Positions 1-9,126 of a stretch of 64,000 nt of DNA are shown here, in pieces (the stretch's first letter is position 1; every line of letters starts with the position of its first letter). The DNA is from Myxococcales bacterium. Lineage in GTDB: Bacteria > Myxococcota_A > UBA9042. The notes below the pieces were generated by a model. It was not told where the DNA came from. It saw only the letters and a program-made list of their open reading frames with translations, and did no database searches. The position numbers and the translations under genes are program-made. The stretch covers positions 31,040 to 95,039 of the forward strand of contig JBBISH010000008.1 in assembly GCA_037441385.1 (NCBI GenBank), written 5' to 3'.

Positions 1-350
1 AATTCGCGGCGCAGCTCGCGCTCGAGCAGGCGCGGCTCGGTGCCCACGTTGATGCGCGCCTTGGGCAGCACCACCTGGAACGAAGGCTCTAGCGGCCGTG
101 GCAGGTTGCGCAGCTCCAGGCCCAGGCTCAGCTCGTCAAAGACCCGCCGCGCCGCCAGCGAGCTGAGTGCGTAATTCAAGTCCAGGCGCCGGCACAGCGT
201 GTAGCCTTGGTGCTCGTACAGTGCGCCGCTGCTGCCGTGCGCCACGACCAACACGCGGTAACCTCGCTTGGCGCAAAGCGCTCCGTAGATCAGCCCGGCG
301 AGATCCGTGCCGATGACCACGACGCTGTAGTGGGAAGAGACCTGGCTCAC
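1..350 (-). CDS. FAD/NAD-binding oxidoreductase (phytoene desaturase-like), N-terminal part, runs off the window
   Basis: Not in the ORF track. My translation from GTG 350 is VSQVSSHYSVVVIGTDLAGLIYGALCAKRGYRVLVV, a Rossmann beta-alpha-beta with a degenerate glycine motif. GGAGG lies upstream and the frame stays open to position 1. Confidence 0.65.
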   Translation of the reverse strand, partial: MSQVSSHYSVVVIGTDLAGLIYGALCAKRGYRVLVVAHGSSGALYEHQGYTLCRRLDLNYALSSLAARRVFDELSLGLELRNLPRPLEPSFQVVLPKARINVGTEPRLLERELRRE

Positions 351-479
351 GCGACCCGCACGCCACCTCCACCACCTGGAGCGGCGGGCGCAAGCCTAGC
401 GCAACAGGGCCTGCGGCGCCATTGCCGGGCCGGGCTTGCGCTGCCGGTGCGCCCAGGTAGGCTTTCCGCGAGGCAAGGG

Positions 480-1886
480 ATGCAAAGCGGACAGCGACAC
501 GCGGGGCAGGGCAGCAAGTGGGCTCCACCGCTGCTCGTCGCCGCTGTGTGGTTGGCGAGCACGTGGGCCGCGCATCACTTGGGGTTGGCCATGCAGGTCG
601 ACCTGGGCCGCATGTGGCAGGCGCTCGATCTGGACGAGCTGCGCCGCAACCTGGGCCCGAGCTTGTGGTATCAGCACAGCCAGCCGCCGCTGTGGAACCT
701 GTTCCTGGGGTCGCTGCTGAAGTTGGGGATCGACCCCAGCGCGCCGGTTGTCCACGGCCTGTTTGACGGGATCGGGCTGGCCATCGGTCTGCTCACCTGG
801 CGCGTCGCGGTGGAACTGGGCGCGGATCGCGGGTGGGCCGCGTTGGCCGCAAGCCTGCTGCTCGCATCCCCAGGTTTCACTCTGACGATTCACTGGTTGT
901 TCTACGACGGGCCGGTCACGCTGGTGGTGCTGGTACTCGTTTTGAGCCTGGCGTCCGCGGCCCACCGCCCCGACTTGCCGCGCCTGATCCTGCTGGCCCT
1001 GGCGGCGGCGGGTCTGGTCTGGCTACGAAGTGCCTTTCATCTTGCTTGGTTGCTTGGCCTGCTCGCGCTGGTGGGCGTGGACCGGTCGCTGCCACGTCGG
1101 CGCCTCCTTGGGGCGTTGGCGGCGGCGCTGGTGCTGGCAACCCTGCCGTTTGCCAAGAATGCGGTGGTGTTTGGCACATTTGCCTCCAGCTCGTGGGCGG
1201 GGATGAGCGCTCAGCGCCTGACCAAGACCATGCTCAGTGGCGCGGAGGTGCACACTCAAGTTGCTGCCAGACGGCTGGCGCCGGTGACCGCGGTGGGGCC
1301 GTTCCAGCCGCTGGAGCGCTACGGACCGGTTGCACCGGTGCCGGACCAGTTCGCGCCGATCGCCGTGCTCAGCGCTGCCCACAAAGCGAGCGGCGAGACC
1401 AACTTCAACCACTACGCCTACCTGGAGCTGTCGCGGACGATGGCGCGCGACGCGCTACGGCTGGTTTTTCGGCATCCCGGCGCCTACTTGCGTGCCCACG
1501 CCGCCGCGTGGCTGCAGTGGCTGCGCCCGGCGGCTTTGGATACCAACCTGGGCGAGGGCCGCCGTGTGCTCCGACCGTGGGTCGATGGCTGGGATCAGTA
1601 TTTGCTTTTGGATGTGGGCCAGGTCTGGCTGCTGCTGGCGATCGGGGCGCTGCTGGCGCTGGCGCTGCTGGTCGATCGACTGCGGCCGACCACGGTGGCC
1701 CAGCTGCCGGCCCCGCAACGGGCGCTGTGGCGGGCCGCCGCGTGGACCACGCTGTGGATCACTCTGCTGGGCAACGCCGTGGAGTATGGCGAAAACTATC
1801 GCTTTCGCGGCTACATCGACCCGCTGTTGCTCGCGACCTTGGCTGTGGCGGCGACCCAGTTGCGATCCCGCTTGCGCAGGCCGTGA
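480..1886 (+). CDS. Multi-pass membrane protein, possible GT-C-fold (ArnT/PMT-like) glycosyltransferase
   Basis: Many hydrophobic segments, an HSQPPLWN motif and a large soluble loop. ATG 480 is preferred because the longer ORF overlaps the divergent gene. Confidence 0.55.
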   Translation: MQSGQRHAGQGSKWAPPLLVAAVWLASTWAAHHLGLAMQVDLGRMWQALDLDELRRNLGPSLWYQHSQPPLWNLFLGSLLKLGIDPSAPVVHGLFDGIGLAIGLLTWRVAVELGADRGWAALAASLLLASPGFTLTIHWLFYDGPVTLVVLVLVLSLASAAHRPDLPRLILLALAAAGLVWLRSAFHLAWLLGLLALVGVDRSLPRRRLLGALAAALVLATLPFAKNAVVFGTFASSSWAGMSAQRLTKTMLSGAEVHTQVAARRLAPVTAVGPFQPLERYGPVAPVPDQFAPIAVLSAAHKASGETNFNHYAYLELSRTMARDALRLVFRHPGAYLRAHAAAWLQWLRPAALDTNLGEGRRVLRPWVDGWDQYLLLDVGQVWLLLAIGALLALALLVDRLRPTTVAQLPAPQRALWRAAAWTTLWITLLGNAVEYGENYRFRGYIDPLLLATLAVAATQLRSRLRRP

Positions 1887-1940
1887 AACTGCCGCACGAT
1901 TCGCCCCCCGCTGCCGGTCCCTGGCAGCCGAGGTGCCGCG

Positions 1941-2819
1941 ATGGCCGAACCGAGCATGGACCCCCTGCAGGCCGGTTTTCCGCTGCTGAACAAGCGCGCG
2001 CTGCTGACCGTCGCTGGCGTGACCGCCCTGGTGTGGGTGACCGCCGCGATAACGGGCAGCAAGATTGTCTTGATTGGCGTGGGCATTTTGACCGCCGCGT
2101 TGGCTGGTTTGCTGTTCTGGGCCTGGCGCCAGGCGCAGAAGCAGACCAAGATGATGCAGTTGCTGCAGCAGGCGCAGGGCTCACCAGAGGCGCGCAAAGC
2201 CGCGCTTGAGCAGCTTGCCGCCCAAGACCCCAAGGGCGCGGACGCCATCGGTCAGATCGCCAAGGCCCAGATCGAGGCGCAAGAGAACCCGGACAAGGCG
2301 CTGGAGACCCTGCAAGCTATTGACTTGTCTAAGGTCCCCGCCGAGGCGGCCGATCAAGTCCGCACCTTCCGCGCCCAACTGCTGCTGCTCAAGAACCGCA
2401 CCCGTGAAGCCCGCGATCTGGCCGACCAGATCAACGTGCCGGCCAGCGGCCCCAAGGCGGCGCGGGCGATGATGGCCAGCGTGGTCGCCGAAGCCTACGC
2501 ACGCACTGGCAAAGCCGACGCGGCGCTGACCTTGCTCGAGGAGTTCAAGCCGAGCGACCCCGAACTGGAGCAAATGAAGCCGATGCTCCTGTACGCCAGC
2601 GTGTTCGCCAACTTTGCCGCCGGCAAGAAAGAGCGCTCCAAAAAGGATATGAAGGCCTTGATGGAGATGGACATGAACCTGCTCGGGCGCTTTGTCCAGC
2701 CCGGGCCGGGCATCCACATCGAGCTGCGCCAGATCGCCGGCGAAGTCCTGCAAGGGCACCCAGACATGCGCAAGATGGCGCGCGCCCAGCAGAACATGAT
2801 GCACAAGCGTATGCGCTGA
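1941..2819 (+). CDS. Membrane-anchored TPR-like helical protein
   Basis: Two N-terminal TM helices followed by TPR-like helical pairs; typical codon bias. Confidence 0.65.
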   Translation: MAEPSMDPLQAGFPLLNKRALLTVAGVTALVWVTAAITGSKIVLIGVGILTAALAGLLFWAWRQAQKQTKMMQLLQQAQGSPEARKAALEQLAAQDPKGADAIGQIAKAQIEAQENPDKALETLQAIDLSKVPAEAADQVRTFRAQLLLLKNRTREARDLADQINVPASGPKAARAMMASVVAEAYARTGKADAALTLLEEFKPSDPELEQMKPMLLYASVFANFAAGKKERSKKDMKALMEMDMNLLGRFVQPGPGIHIELRQIAGEVLQGHPDMRKMARAQQNMMHKRMR

Positions 2820-2852
2820 CGCGAATCCCAACGGACGTGGACCCCGGCGCGG

Positions 2853-2886
2853 CTTCTTGCGCCCGTTTTGCGCAGGGCAAGAATCC
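2853..2886. terminator. Possible hairpin between convergent genes
   Basis: TTCTTGC...GCAAGAA inverted repeat in the 2820-2957 gap. Confidence 0.3.
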
Positions 2887-2957
2887 GGCCACGCCTCCCG
2901 TGCAGGCCCCAACAACGCCGATTTTTCCGTGGCATGGGGCGAAGCCGGCGGCGGTCG

Positions 2958-3995
2958 TCACGGCGTAAACAGGTACCACCAGGCCGGGAAGGGCAACGGG
3001 TCGCCGTCGCCGCCGATCTTCAGCTCGCCATCGGCCGCCACGCCGCTCTCGCTTACCACGCCGTGGGCGCTGCCAAACGCGCCCAGGCCGGCCACGGGCG
3101 ACCAGCTGGTCCCCAGGCCCAGGGCAATCCAGTTGGCCGAAATCACATCGAAATCACTTGCCGTCTTGTTGGCCAGACCAAACCACTGGCTGGCGGGAGT
3201 CTGCGCCGAGCTGGCGATCCAGGCCGCTGGACCTTGGGCCGTGCTATCGGTCGGCCCTTGGAGCAGCACCGCCCGCGACACTTTGCGCACCTTGGCGATA
3301 AAGCCCGCGTGGCCGGCGCCCTCGCCATGGCCGACGATCACAATGTCTTGCCAAAGCGGCGTGCTGCCCGCCACAAAGTTGCCCCAGCCCTGGCCCGGGC
3401 GGTGCTTGGCCAGCCACTGCAGCGCCAACGCCAGGCGCTGTTCGATGCAGTTGTTGAAACCGACTTTGACTTTGTCGCTGCGGTCCTGGCCGTCCAGCAC
3501 CTCGTGGCGTACGTACTCGTAGCAGGTGCTGCTTTGGCCGCACAGGCTGGCCGTGCTGGGATTGGCGGGGTAGGCCAGGCCCAAGACGCGGTGGCCACGC
3601 TGCGCAGCGGTCCACAGGATCTTGCTGTAGTCCTTGGGTTGCATGCCGGTGTCGGGCAGCAGCACCACCAACTCGCCGCTGCTGGGCACCTGGGCATCAA
3701 AGATGGCCAGATGGTCGCCAAACTCGCCGCTCACGCCGGTTTGGGTATTGGTGGCCGGCACAAAGCTGTCCACCGCGTCCGAATTGGGGGCTGCCGCTGT
3801 GTCTTCTGCGGATCCGGCCATGTCCCCAGTGGCTGTGTCGGCCCCGGTGGTTCCGCTGTCGGCCGTAAGCGAGGTGGCCGAACTCGTGCCCGGCGTGGGC
3901 ACAGGGTTGACGACGCAGCCGCCTTGGCCCAGGAGCAGGAGCACCATGAGCCAAAATGCCGCGCAGGTTGGGCGGCGTGCGAGCGGTGCGATCAT
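2958..3995 (-). CDS. Putative lipoprotein with an alpha/beta-hydrolase fold (BPSS1187-like), catalytic Ser absent
   Basis: Signal peptide ending GGC, Thr/Asp linker, GHRVLGLAY, and elbow GHGEGAGHA. Start overlaps the pilS stop (ATGA). Confidence 0.65.
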   Translation of the reverse strand: MIAPLARRPTCAAFWLMVLLLLGQGGCVVNPVPTPGTSSATSLTADSGTTGADTATGDMAGSAEDTAAAPNSDAVDSFVPATNTQTGVSGEFGDHLAIFDAQVPSSGELVVLLPDTGMQPKDYSKILWTAAQRGHRVLGLAYPANPSTASLCGQSSTCYEYVRHEVLDGQDRSDKVKVGFNNCIEQRLALALQWLAKHRPGQGWGNFVAGSTPLWQDIVIVGHGEGAGHAGFIAKVRKVSRAVLLQGPTDSTAQGPAAWIASSAQTPASQWFGLANKTASDFDVISANWIALGLGTSWSPVAGLGAFGSAHGVVSESGVAADGELKIGGDGDPLPFPAWWYLFTP

Positions 3996-5899
3996 GGCGA
4001 ATCCCCTGCGGCTGACTCAGCAACCTCTGCCGATTCTGCCAGTTTCACCCCCAGGTCGCCAGTTGACTGGGTTGCCGGCAGACCTGCCTTGGCATCGCTC
4101 ACCCGGTGGATCTGCGAGCGACGGCGGTCGCCAAACAGGGCCCCCGGCGGCCGGCGCGGCAGTTCGACGACAAACCGCGCACCCCCCAAGCTGGGGCTAC
4201 GCTCGACCCGCACGCGTCCGTCGTGGGCTTTGACGTGGCGCGCCACCGTGGCCAAGCCAAGGCCGGTACCCTGCGCGCCTTTGGTCGTATAGAACGGCTC
4301 GAAAATGCGGTCGTTGTCGCTGGGATCGATGCCTGGGCCGCTGTCGTCGACCGCCAGTTCCAGCCACTCGCTCTCGCTGCGCAGGCTGACCATCACGCTG
4401 CGTTGCTCCACCTCTTGCACGGCATGGGTCGCGTTGATCAGCAGGTTCCACATCACCTGCCTGATCAGCGCGGCGTCGCCGACGAGAGTCCAGTTCGCGC
4501 CTGGGCTGCTCAACGCTTGCGGCGGCGGCACCTGCACGCCCGTCGCCGCCACCGAAGGGCTTTGCACGCACGACTGCACCGTCTCGCTGGCCAGACTCAG
4601 CAAGTCCAGTTCGCCAAACTGCACAGGGCGTGGTCGGGCGAAATCCAAGAATTCGCCAATCCATTCACTCAGCTGACTGGTTTCACGCACCACGATCCCC
4701 ATCAGCATGCGCTCGCTCTCGTCCAGCCCGCTGGCCGTCTGCAGCATTTGCACGGCGCCCGAGATCGACGCCAGCGGGTTGCGAATCTCGTGGGCCACCG
4801 CCGACGCCAGCGAACCCACCGTGGCCAGGCGCTCGCGCGAGCGGTGTTCCTCTTCGCGGGCCCGCACTTCGGTCACGTCGCGCAGCACCAGCACCCGCCC
4901 CCATTTCCCGCCGGGATCGCGCAGCGGTGCCACGCGCACGGCCAGCATTTGCGCCTTGCCACCCGCGGATTTGCGGGCAATCTGCTGGGTCGAGTGAATG
5001 TTCTGCGGCTCGGGGCGCGCCAGCTCCCACTCGCCGGGCGGCCCCGCCAGGGCCTGCTCGATCTCGGGCACGGTTGTCGCCAAGGGCCGGCCCAGCAGTT
5101 GCTGCCGCTCGAGGCGCAGGATCATCTCGGCCGCCGGATTGGCCGCCGTGACCAAACCGTTGGGTCCCACTGTGACCAACCCGTCCGGCAAGCTGGTGAC
5201 CACGTCTTCGTAGTGGACGCGCAGACTTGCCAGCTCACTCCGCTGTTGCTGGGCGCGTCGGCGGGCTCGTTCCAGCTCGCGCACTAGGTGCGACGCCAGC
5301 ACGGACGTGGCATAGGCGGCGGCGATCTGGAGCGCCAGGTTGCTGGCAATCTCGAACGGCGTGGGGGTCTTGACCGCAGGCAGCGCCGACAGATACGCCA
5401 CGCGCAGCCGCGGCAGCTCGATCCAGCCCACCTCGTCCAGCGACATCGCCACCATACCCACGCCGATCGCCGTGGCCGACAAGAGCGAGCCCACACGGTT
5501 CAGCAGGATCGCGGCGTTCAGCACGGCCAGCGGCAGGCCGAACAGGAACAAGCTCTGCATGCCGCCGGTGGCGTGCACCAAGAACAGCGCTAGTACCTCG
5601 TCCAGCAGAACCGAGGTCCACGTCAAGCGAACTAGAAACGAATTGTGATTGTGGCCCAACTGCGCCAGCAGCAGTAAAAGGAAACTGACGCCATAGGCCA
5701 CGGCGGCCAGTTGGTAGAGCAGGGTCTCGGGCGCCGCGGTGGCCTTCTGCGGCGCCATGCCCAGGTCGACGGCCACGGCAAAGGCCAACACCCCGGTGAT
5801 CACCAGCACGCGCGCCAGGGTTGTCCATTTCAGGCGGTCGACCAGCGTGTCGTCCGTCAACGGCAAGTCGCCAACGCCGGCCTGTTCCGGATGGGCCAT
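3992..5899 (-). CDS. pilS: Sensor histidine kinase, PilS-like (TM + PAS + HisKA + HATPase)
   Basis: AHEIRNPL H-box, NLLINA N-box, DSGPGI and GTGLGL; about 6 TM segments; directly after pilC. Confidence 0.85.
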   Translation of the reverse strand: MAHPEQAGVGDLPLTDDTLVDRLKWTTLARVLVITGVLAFAVAVDLGMAPQKATAAPETLLYQLAAVAYGVSFLLLLLAQLGHNHNSFLVRLTWTSVLLDEVLALFLVHATGGMQSLFLFGLPLAVLNAAILLNRVGSLLSATAIGVGMVAMSLDEVGWIELPRLRVAYLSALPAVKTPTPFEIASNLALQIAAAYATSVLASHLVRELERARRRAQQQRSELASLRVHYEDVVTSLPDGLVTVGPNGLVTAANPAAEMILRLERQQLLGRPLATTVPEIEQALAGPPGEWELARPEPQNIHSTQQIARKSAGGKAQMLAVRVAPLRDPGGKWGRVLVLRDVTEVRAREEEHRSRERLATVGSLASAVAHEIRNPLASISGAVQMLQTASGLDESERMLMGIVVRETSQLSEWIGEFLDFARPRPVQFGELDLLSLASETVQSCVQSPSVAATGVQVPPPQALSSPGANWTLVGDAALIRQVMWNLLINATHAVQEVEQRSVMVSLRSESEWLELAVDDSGPGIDPSDNDRIFEPFYTTKGAQGTGLGLATVARHVKAHDGRVRVERSPSLGGARFVVELPRRPPGALFGDRRRSQIHRVSDAKAGLPATQSTGDLGVKLAESAEVAESAAGDSP

Positions 5900-5905
5900 G
5901 GCCGC

Positions 5906-7114
5906 TTACTTCACGTTGTCGCCCATCGTGAAGATTGGCGCATAAAGGGCGATCATGATGGTACCGACGATGCCGCCCAAGATAAGCATGATGAGCGGTT
6001 CCATCATCGACGTCATGCCATCGATGGCTTCGTCCACTTCCGAGTCGTAGAAGTCGGCGATCTTGCCCAGCATCACGTCCATGGCGCCAGTGGCCTCGCC
6101 CACCGCGATCATCTGCACCACCATCACCGGGAAGATCTGCGTCTCCATCAGCGGGCCCGTCACGTTGCGGCCTTCCATGATCTTGTTGCGCGTGTAGTCC
6201 ACGCCGCGCTCGACCACCAGGTTGCCCGAGGTCTTGCCCACGATCGCCAGCGCCTCGATGATCGGCACACCGGCGGCCACCAACGTGCCCAAGGTGCGGG
6301 TGAACTTGGCCACCGCGCCCTTTTGCACCACGTTGCCGATGATCGGCCCGTGGAACAACAACCAGTCGCGGACGTACGGGCCCTGCTTGGTCTTCATCGC
6401 CAGCTTGTACGCCACGACCAGCGCCGCCAGACCGGCGCCCAGAAACGGCGCCTTGGCCATAAACCCGTCCGAGATATCGACCACCGTCTGGGTGATGCCC
6501 GGCAGTTTGGCGCCCATCGACTGGAACGTGGACGCAAAGCTGGGCACCACCTTCCACAGCAGGCCCACGGTGATGAGCAGCGACACCGAGAGCACCGTCA
6601 GCGGGTACTTCATGGCGCCTTTGATCTTCTTTTGGGTCTCGGCGGCCTTTTCGATGTACTCGGCCAAGCGGTTCATGATGGTGTCCAAGATGCCGCCCAT
6701 CTCGCCGGCCTGGACCAGGTTGACGTACAACTCCTCAAAAACCTTGGGATACTTCTTCAGGGCGTCCGAAAACGACGAGCCGCCTTCCACCGACGCCTTC
6801 ACGCCCAGGATGGTCTTCTTCAGCTGCGGGTTGGGCTCTGAGTTGCCCACCAGATCCAGCGCCTGCACCAGCGGCAGACCCGCGTCGATCATCGTCGCCA
6901 TCTGCCGGGTAAAAATCACCATGTTTTTGGTGGGTACACTGGCGCCCAGTCCCGGGATCGTGAGGTCGATCTCCAGCTGCTTGCGCTTGAGCTTGATGAC
7001 GTTGACGCCTTGCTGCTTGAGCTTGGCTTTGGCATCGGCTTTGTCGGCAGCATCGACCTCACCGCGGCGAAAATCGCCTTCGGTGCTCGTCCCTTCCCAT
7101 TGCCACATCGCCAT
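5906..7114 (-). CDS. pilC: Type IV pilus platform protein PilC (GspF family)
   Basis: FTRQMATMIDAGLPL, AGEMGGILD, VGEATGAMD, MEPLIMLILG. Confidence 0.95.
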   Translation of the reverse strand: MAMWQWEGTSTEGDFRRGEVDAADKADAKAKLKQQGVNVIKLKRKQLEIDLTIPGLGASVPTKNMVIFTRQMATMIDAGLPLVQALDLVGNSEPNPQLKKTILGVKASVEGGSSFSDALKKYPKVFEELYVNLVQAGEMGGILDTIMNRLAEYIEKAAETQKKIKGAMKYPLTVLSVSLLITVGLLWKVVPSFASTFQSMGAKLPGITQTVVDISDGFMAKAPFLGAGLAALVVAYKLAMKTKQGPYVRDWLLFHGPIIGNVVQKGAVAKFTRTLGTLVAAGVPIIEALAIVGKTSGNLVVERGVDYTRNKIMEGRNVTGPLMETQIFPVMVVQMIAVGEATGAMDVMLGKIADFYDSEVDEAIDGMTSMMEPLIMLILGGIVGTIMIALYAPIFTMGDNVK

Positions 7115-7145
7115 CGTGCACCCCTACTCTTTCGCCAGAAAGCCA

Positions 7146-8885
7146 CTAGTCGTTGCGGGTCACGCGCAGCACTTCTTCCAACGTCGTCAGGCCTTGCCGC
7201 AGCTTGTTCAGCGCCGACATGCGCAACGTCTGCAGGCCGTCCTCGATGGCCACTCGCTTGAGCTCGCCGGACGAGCTGCCCTGCAACACCGCCTCGCGCA
7301 AGTTGTCGCTCATGGGCATGATCTCGTAGATGGCGACGCGGCCCTTGTACCCCGAGTCGTTGCAGGTCTTGCAGCCGACTCCCTTCATGAAACCACCCTT
7401 GTCGTAATCTTCTTCCGACATGCCGGCGTCCAGGCAGGCGCGCCGGTCGGGCGCAAAGGGCGCCTTGCACTCCGGGCAGATGCGGCGCACCAGACGCTGG
7501 GCGGCGATGAGGTTGAGCGCGGCTGTCACCATGAACGGTTCCACGCCCATGTTCAGCAGACGCGAAATCGTCGACGGCGCGTCGTTGGTGTGCAGGGTCG
7601 ACAGCACCATGTGGCCGGTGAGCGCGGCCTTGATGCCGATTTCGGCCGTCTCGAAGTCACGGATCTCGCCGACCATGAGCACATCCGGGTCTTGCCGCAA
7701 GAACGAGCGAAGCACCGAGGCGAACGTCAGGCCGATGGCGTCGTTCATCTGCACCTGGTTGATGCCTTCCAGGTTGAATTCCACGGGATCTTCGGCGGTC
7801 GAGCAGTTCTCGCTCACCTTGTTCAGCTCGGTCAGCGCCGAGTAGAGCGTCGTGGTCTTGCCCGAACCCGTGGGCCCCGTCACCAGCACCATGCCAAACG
7901 GCTGGTGAATGGCGTGCTTGAACTTGTCCAGCTCGGTTTGGTCAAAGCCCAGCTTGGTCATGTCGGTCTGCAGGTTGGCCTTGTCCAGCAGACGCATGAC
8001 GACTTTTTCGCCAAACAGGCACGGCAGCACCGACACGCGGAAGTCGCACTCCTTGCCGTCGGCCAGCTTGAGCTTGATACGGCCGTCTTGCGGCAAGCGG
8101 CGCTCGGCGATGTCGAGCTGGCTCATGATCTTGATACGGCTGACGATCGCGTTGCGCAGCTTGAGCGGCGGCCGCATGATCTCGTGCAGCACGCCGTCCA
8201 CGCGGTAGCGCACGCGGAAGGCCTTTTCGTACGACTCGATGTGGATGTCCGAGGCGCGGCGCTTGATCGCGTCGATCAGGATCAGGTTCACCAGCTTGAC
8301 GACCGGCGCCTCTTCGGACGATTGCTTGAGCTCCTCGGTGTTGACGTTGTCTTCATCCGTCATGATTTCGAGGGTTTCGCTCATCTCCTCGAAGATCTGC
8401 AGCTGATCGACCGAGCCGTACAGCTTGCCGCGGACCTTGGTGATGTCGTCTTCGGGCGCCACCACGATCTCGACGTTCAGGCCCGTCTTGAACTTCAGGT
8501 CGTCGATCGCGTGGTAATTGCCCGGGTCGGTCAGTGCCACCACCAGCGTCGTCCCGTGCACGGCGATCGGCAAAAGCTGGTGCCGTTCGCACAGTTCGCG
8601 CGGTACCAACCGCGTCACGTCCGGGGCAATCTCGACTTGATTCAGGTCGATCGACGGCACCTGGTACTGCCGCGACAAGAAGTCGACCATCTGCGACTTG
8701 TCGACGTAGCCCAGCGCCTGCAGCGCCGAACCCAGGTGCTTGCCGGTCTTGGCCGCTTCGGCCGCCGCGTTCTTCAGCTGTTCGACCGACACGACCCGCT
8801 CGCGCAGGAGCATGTCGCCCATGCCTTTGGCGACGGCGGGCAGGTACTGCGAAGGGCGCGTTCGGACGGGGGTATCGTCACTCAT
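7146..8885 (-). CDS. pilB: Type IVa pilus assembly ATPase PilB
   Basis: Walker A GPTGSGKT, LRQDPD, TGHMVLSTLHTN, CPEC and CKTC Zn motif, ASDIHIE. Confidence 0.95.
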   Translation of the reverse strand: MSDDTPVRTRPSQYLPAVAKGMGDMLLRERVVSVEQLKNAAAEAAKTGKHLGSALQALGYVDKSQMVDFLSRQYQVPSIDLNQVEIAPDVTRLVPRELCERHQLLPIAVHGTTLVVALTDPGNYHAIDDLKFKTGLNVEIVVAPEDDITKVRGKLYGSVDQLQIFEEMSETLEIMTDEDNVNTEELKQSSEEAPVVKLVNLILIDAIKRRASDIHIESYEKAFRVRYRVDGVLHEIMRPPLKLRNAIVSRIKIMSQLDIAERRLPQDGRIKLKLADGKECDFRVSVLPCLFGEKVVMRLLDKANLQTDMTKLGFDQTELDKFKHAIHQPFGMVLVTGPTGSGKTTTLYSALTELNKVSENCSTAEDPVEFNLEGINQVQMNDAIGLTFASVLRSFLRQDPDVLMVGEIRDFETAEIGIKAALTGHMVLSTLHTNDAPSTISRLLNMGVEPFMVTAALNLIAAQRLVRRICPECKAPFAPDRRACLDAGMSEEDYDKGGFMKGVGCKTCNDSGYKGRVAIYEIMPMSDNLREAVLQGSSSGELKRVAIEDGLQTLRMSALNKLRQGLTTLEEVLRVTRND

Positions 8886-9126
8886 GGGCTTGAACCTCGG
8901 CAACTACGGCGCGCCGCCGGCCCTTGGGCTGGCCAACCGGCGGCCTGGGAGCCCGGCAGTGGGCAACACGACAAAGCCGCCCGACCAACTCGGTGGACGG
9001 CGTCATCGCTCACACCGTAGCAGATGATGCGAAATCCGCAATCGCGCGAGACCCGGTCGCACGTGCCCGTCCCATCCGTGGGCAGCGCAACCGGGGACCG
9101 TCGAAGTGGCGAATGGTCAAGAAGTT

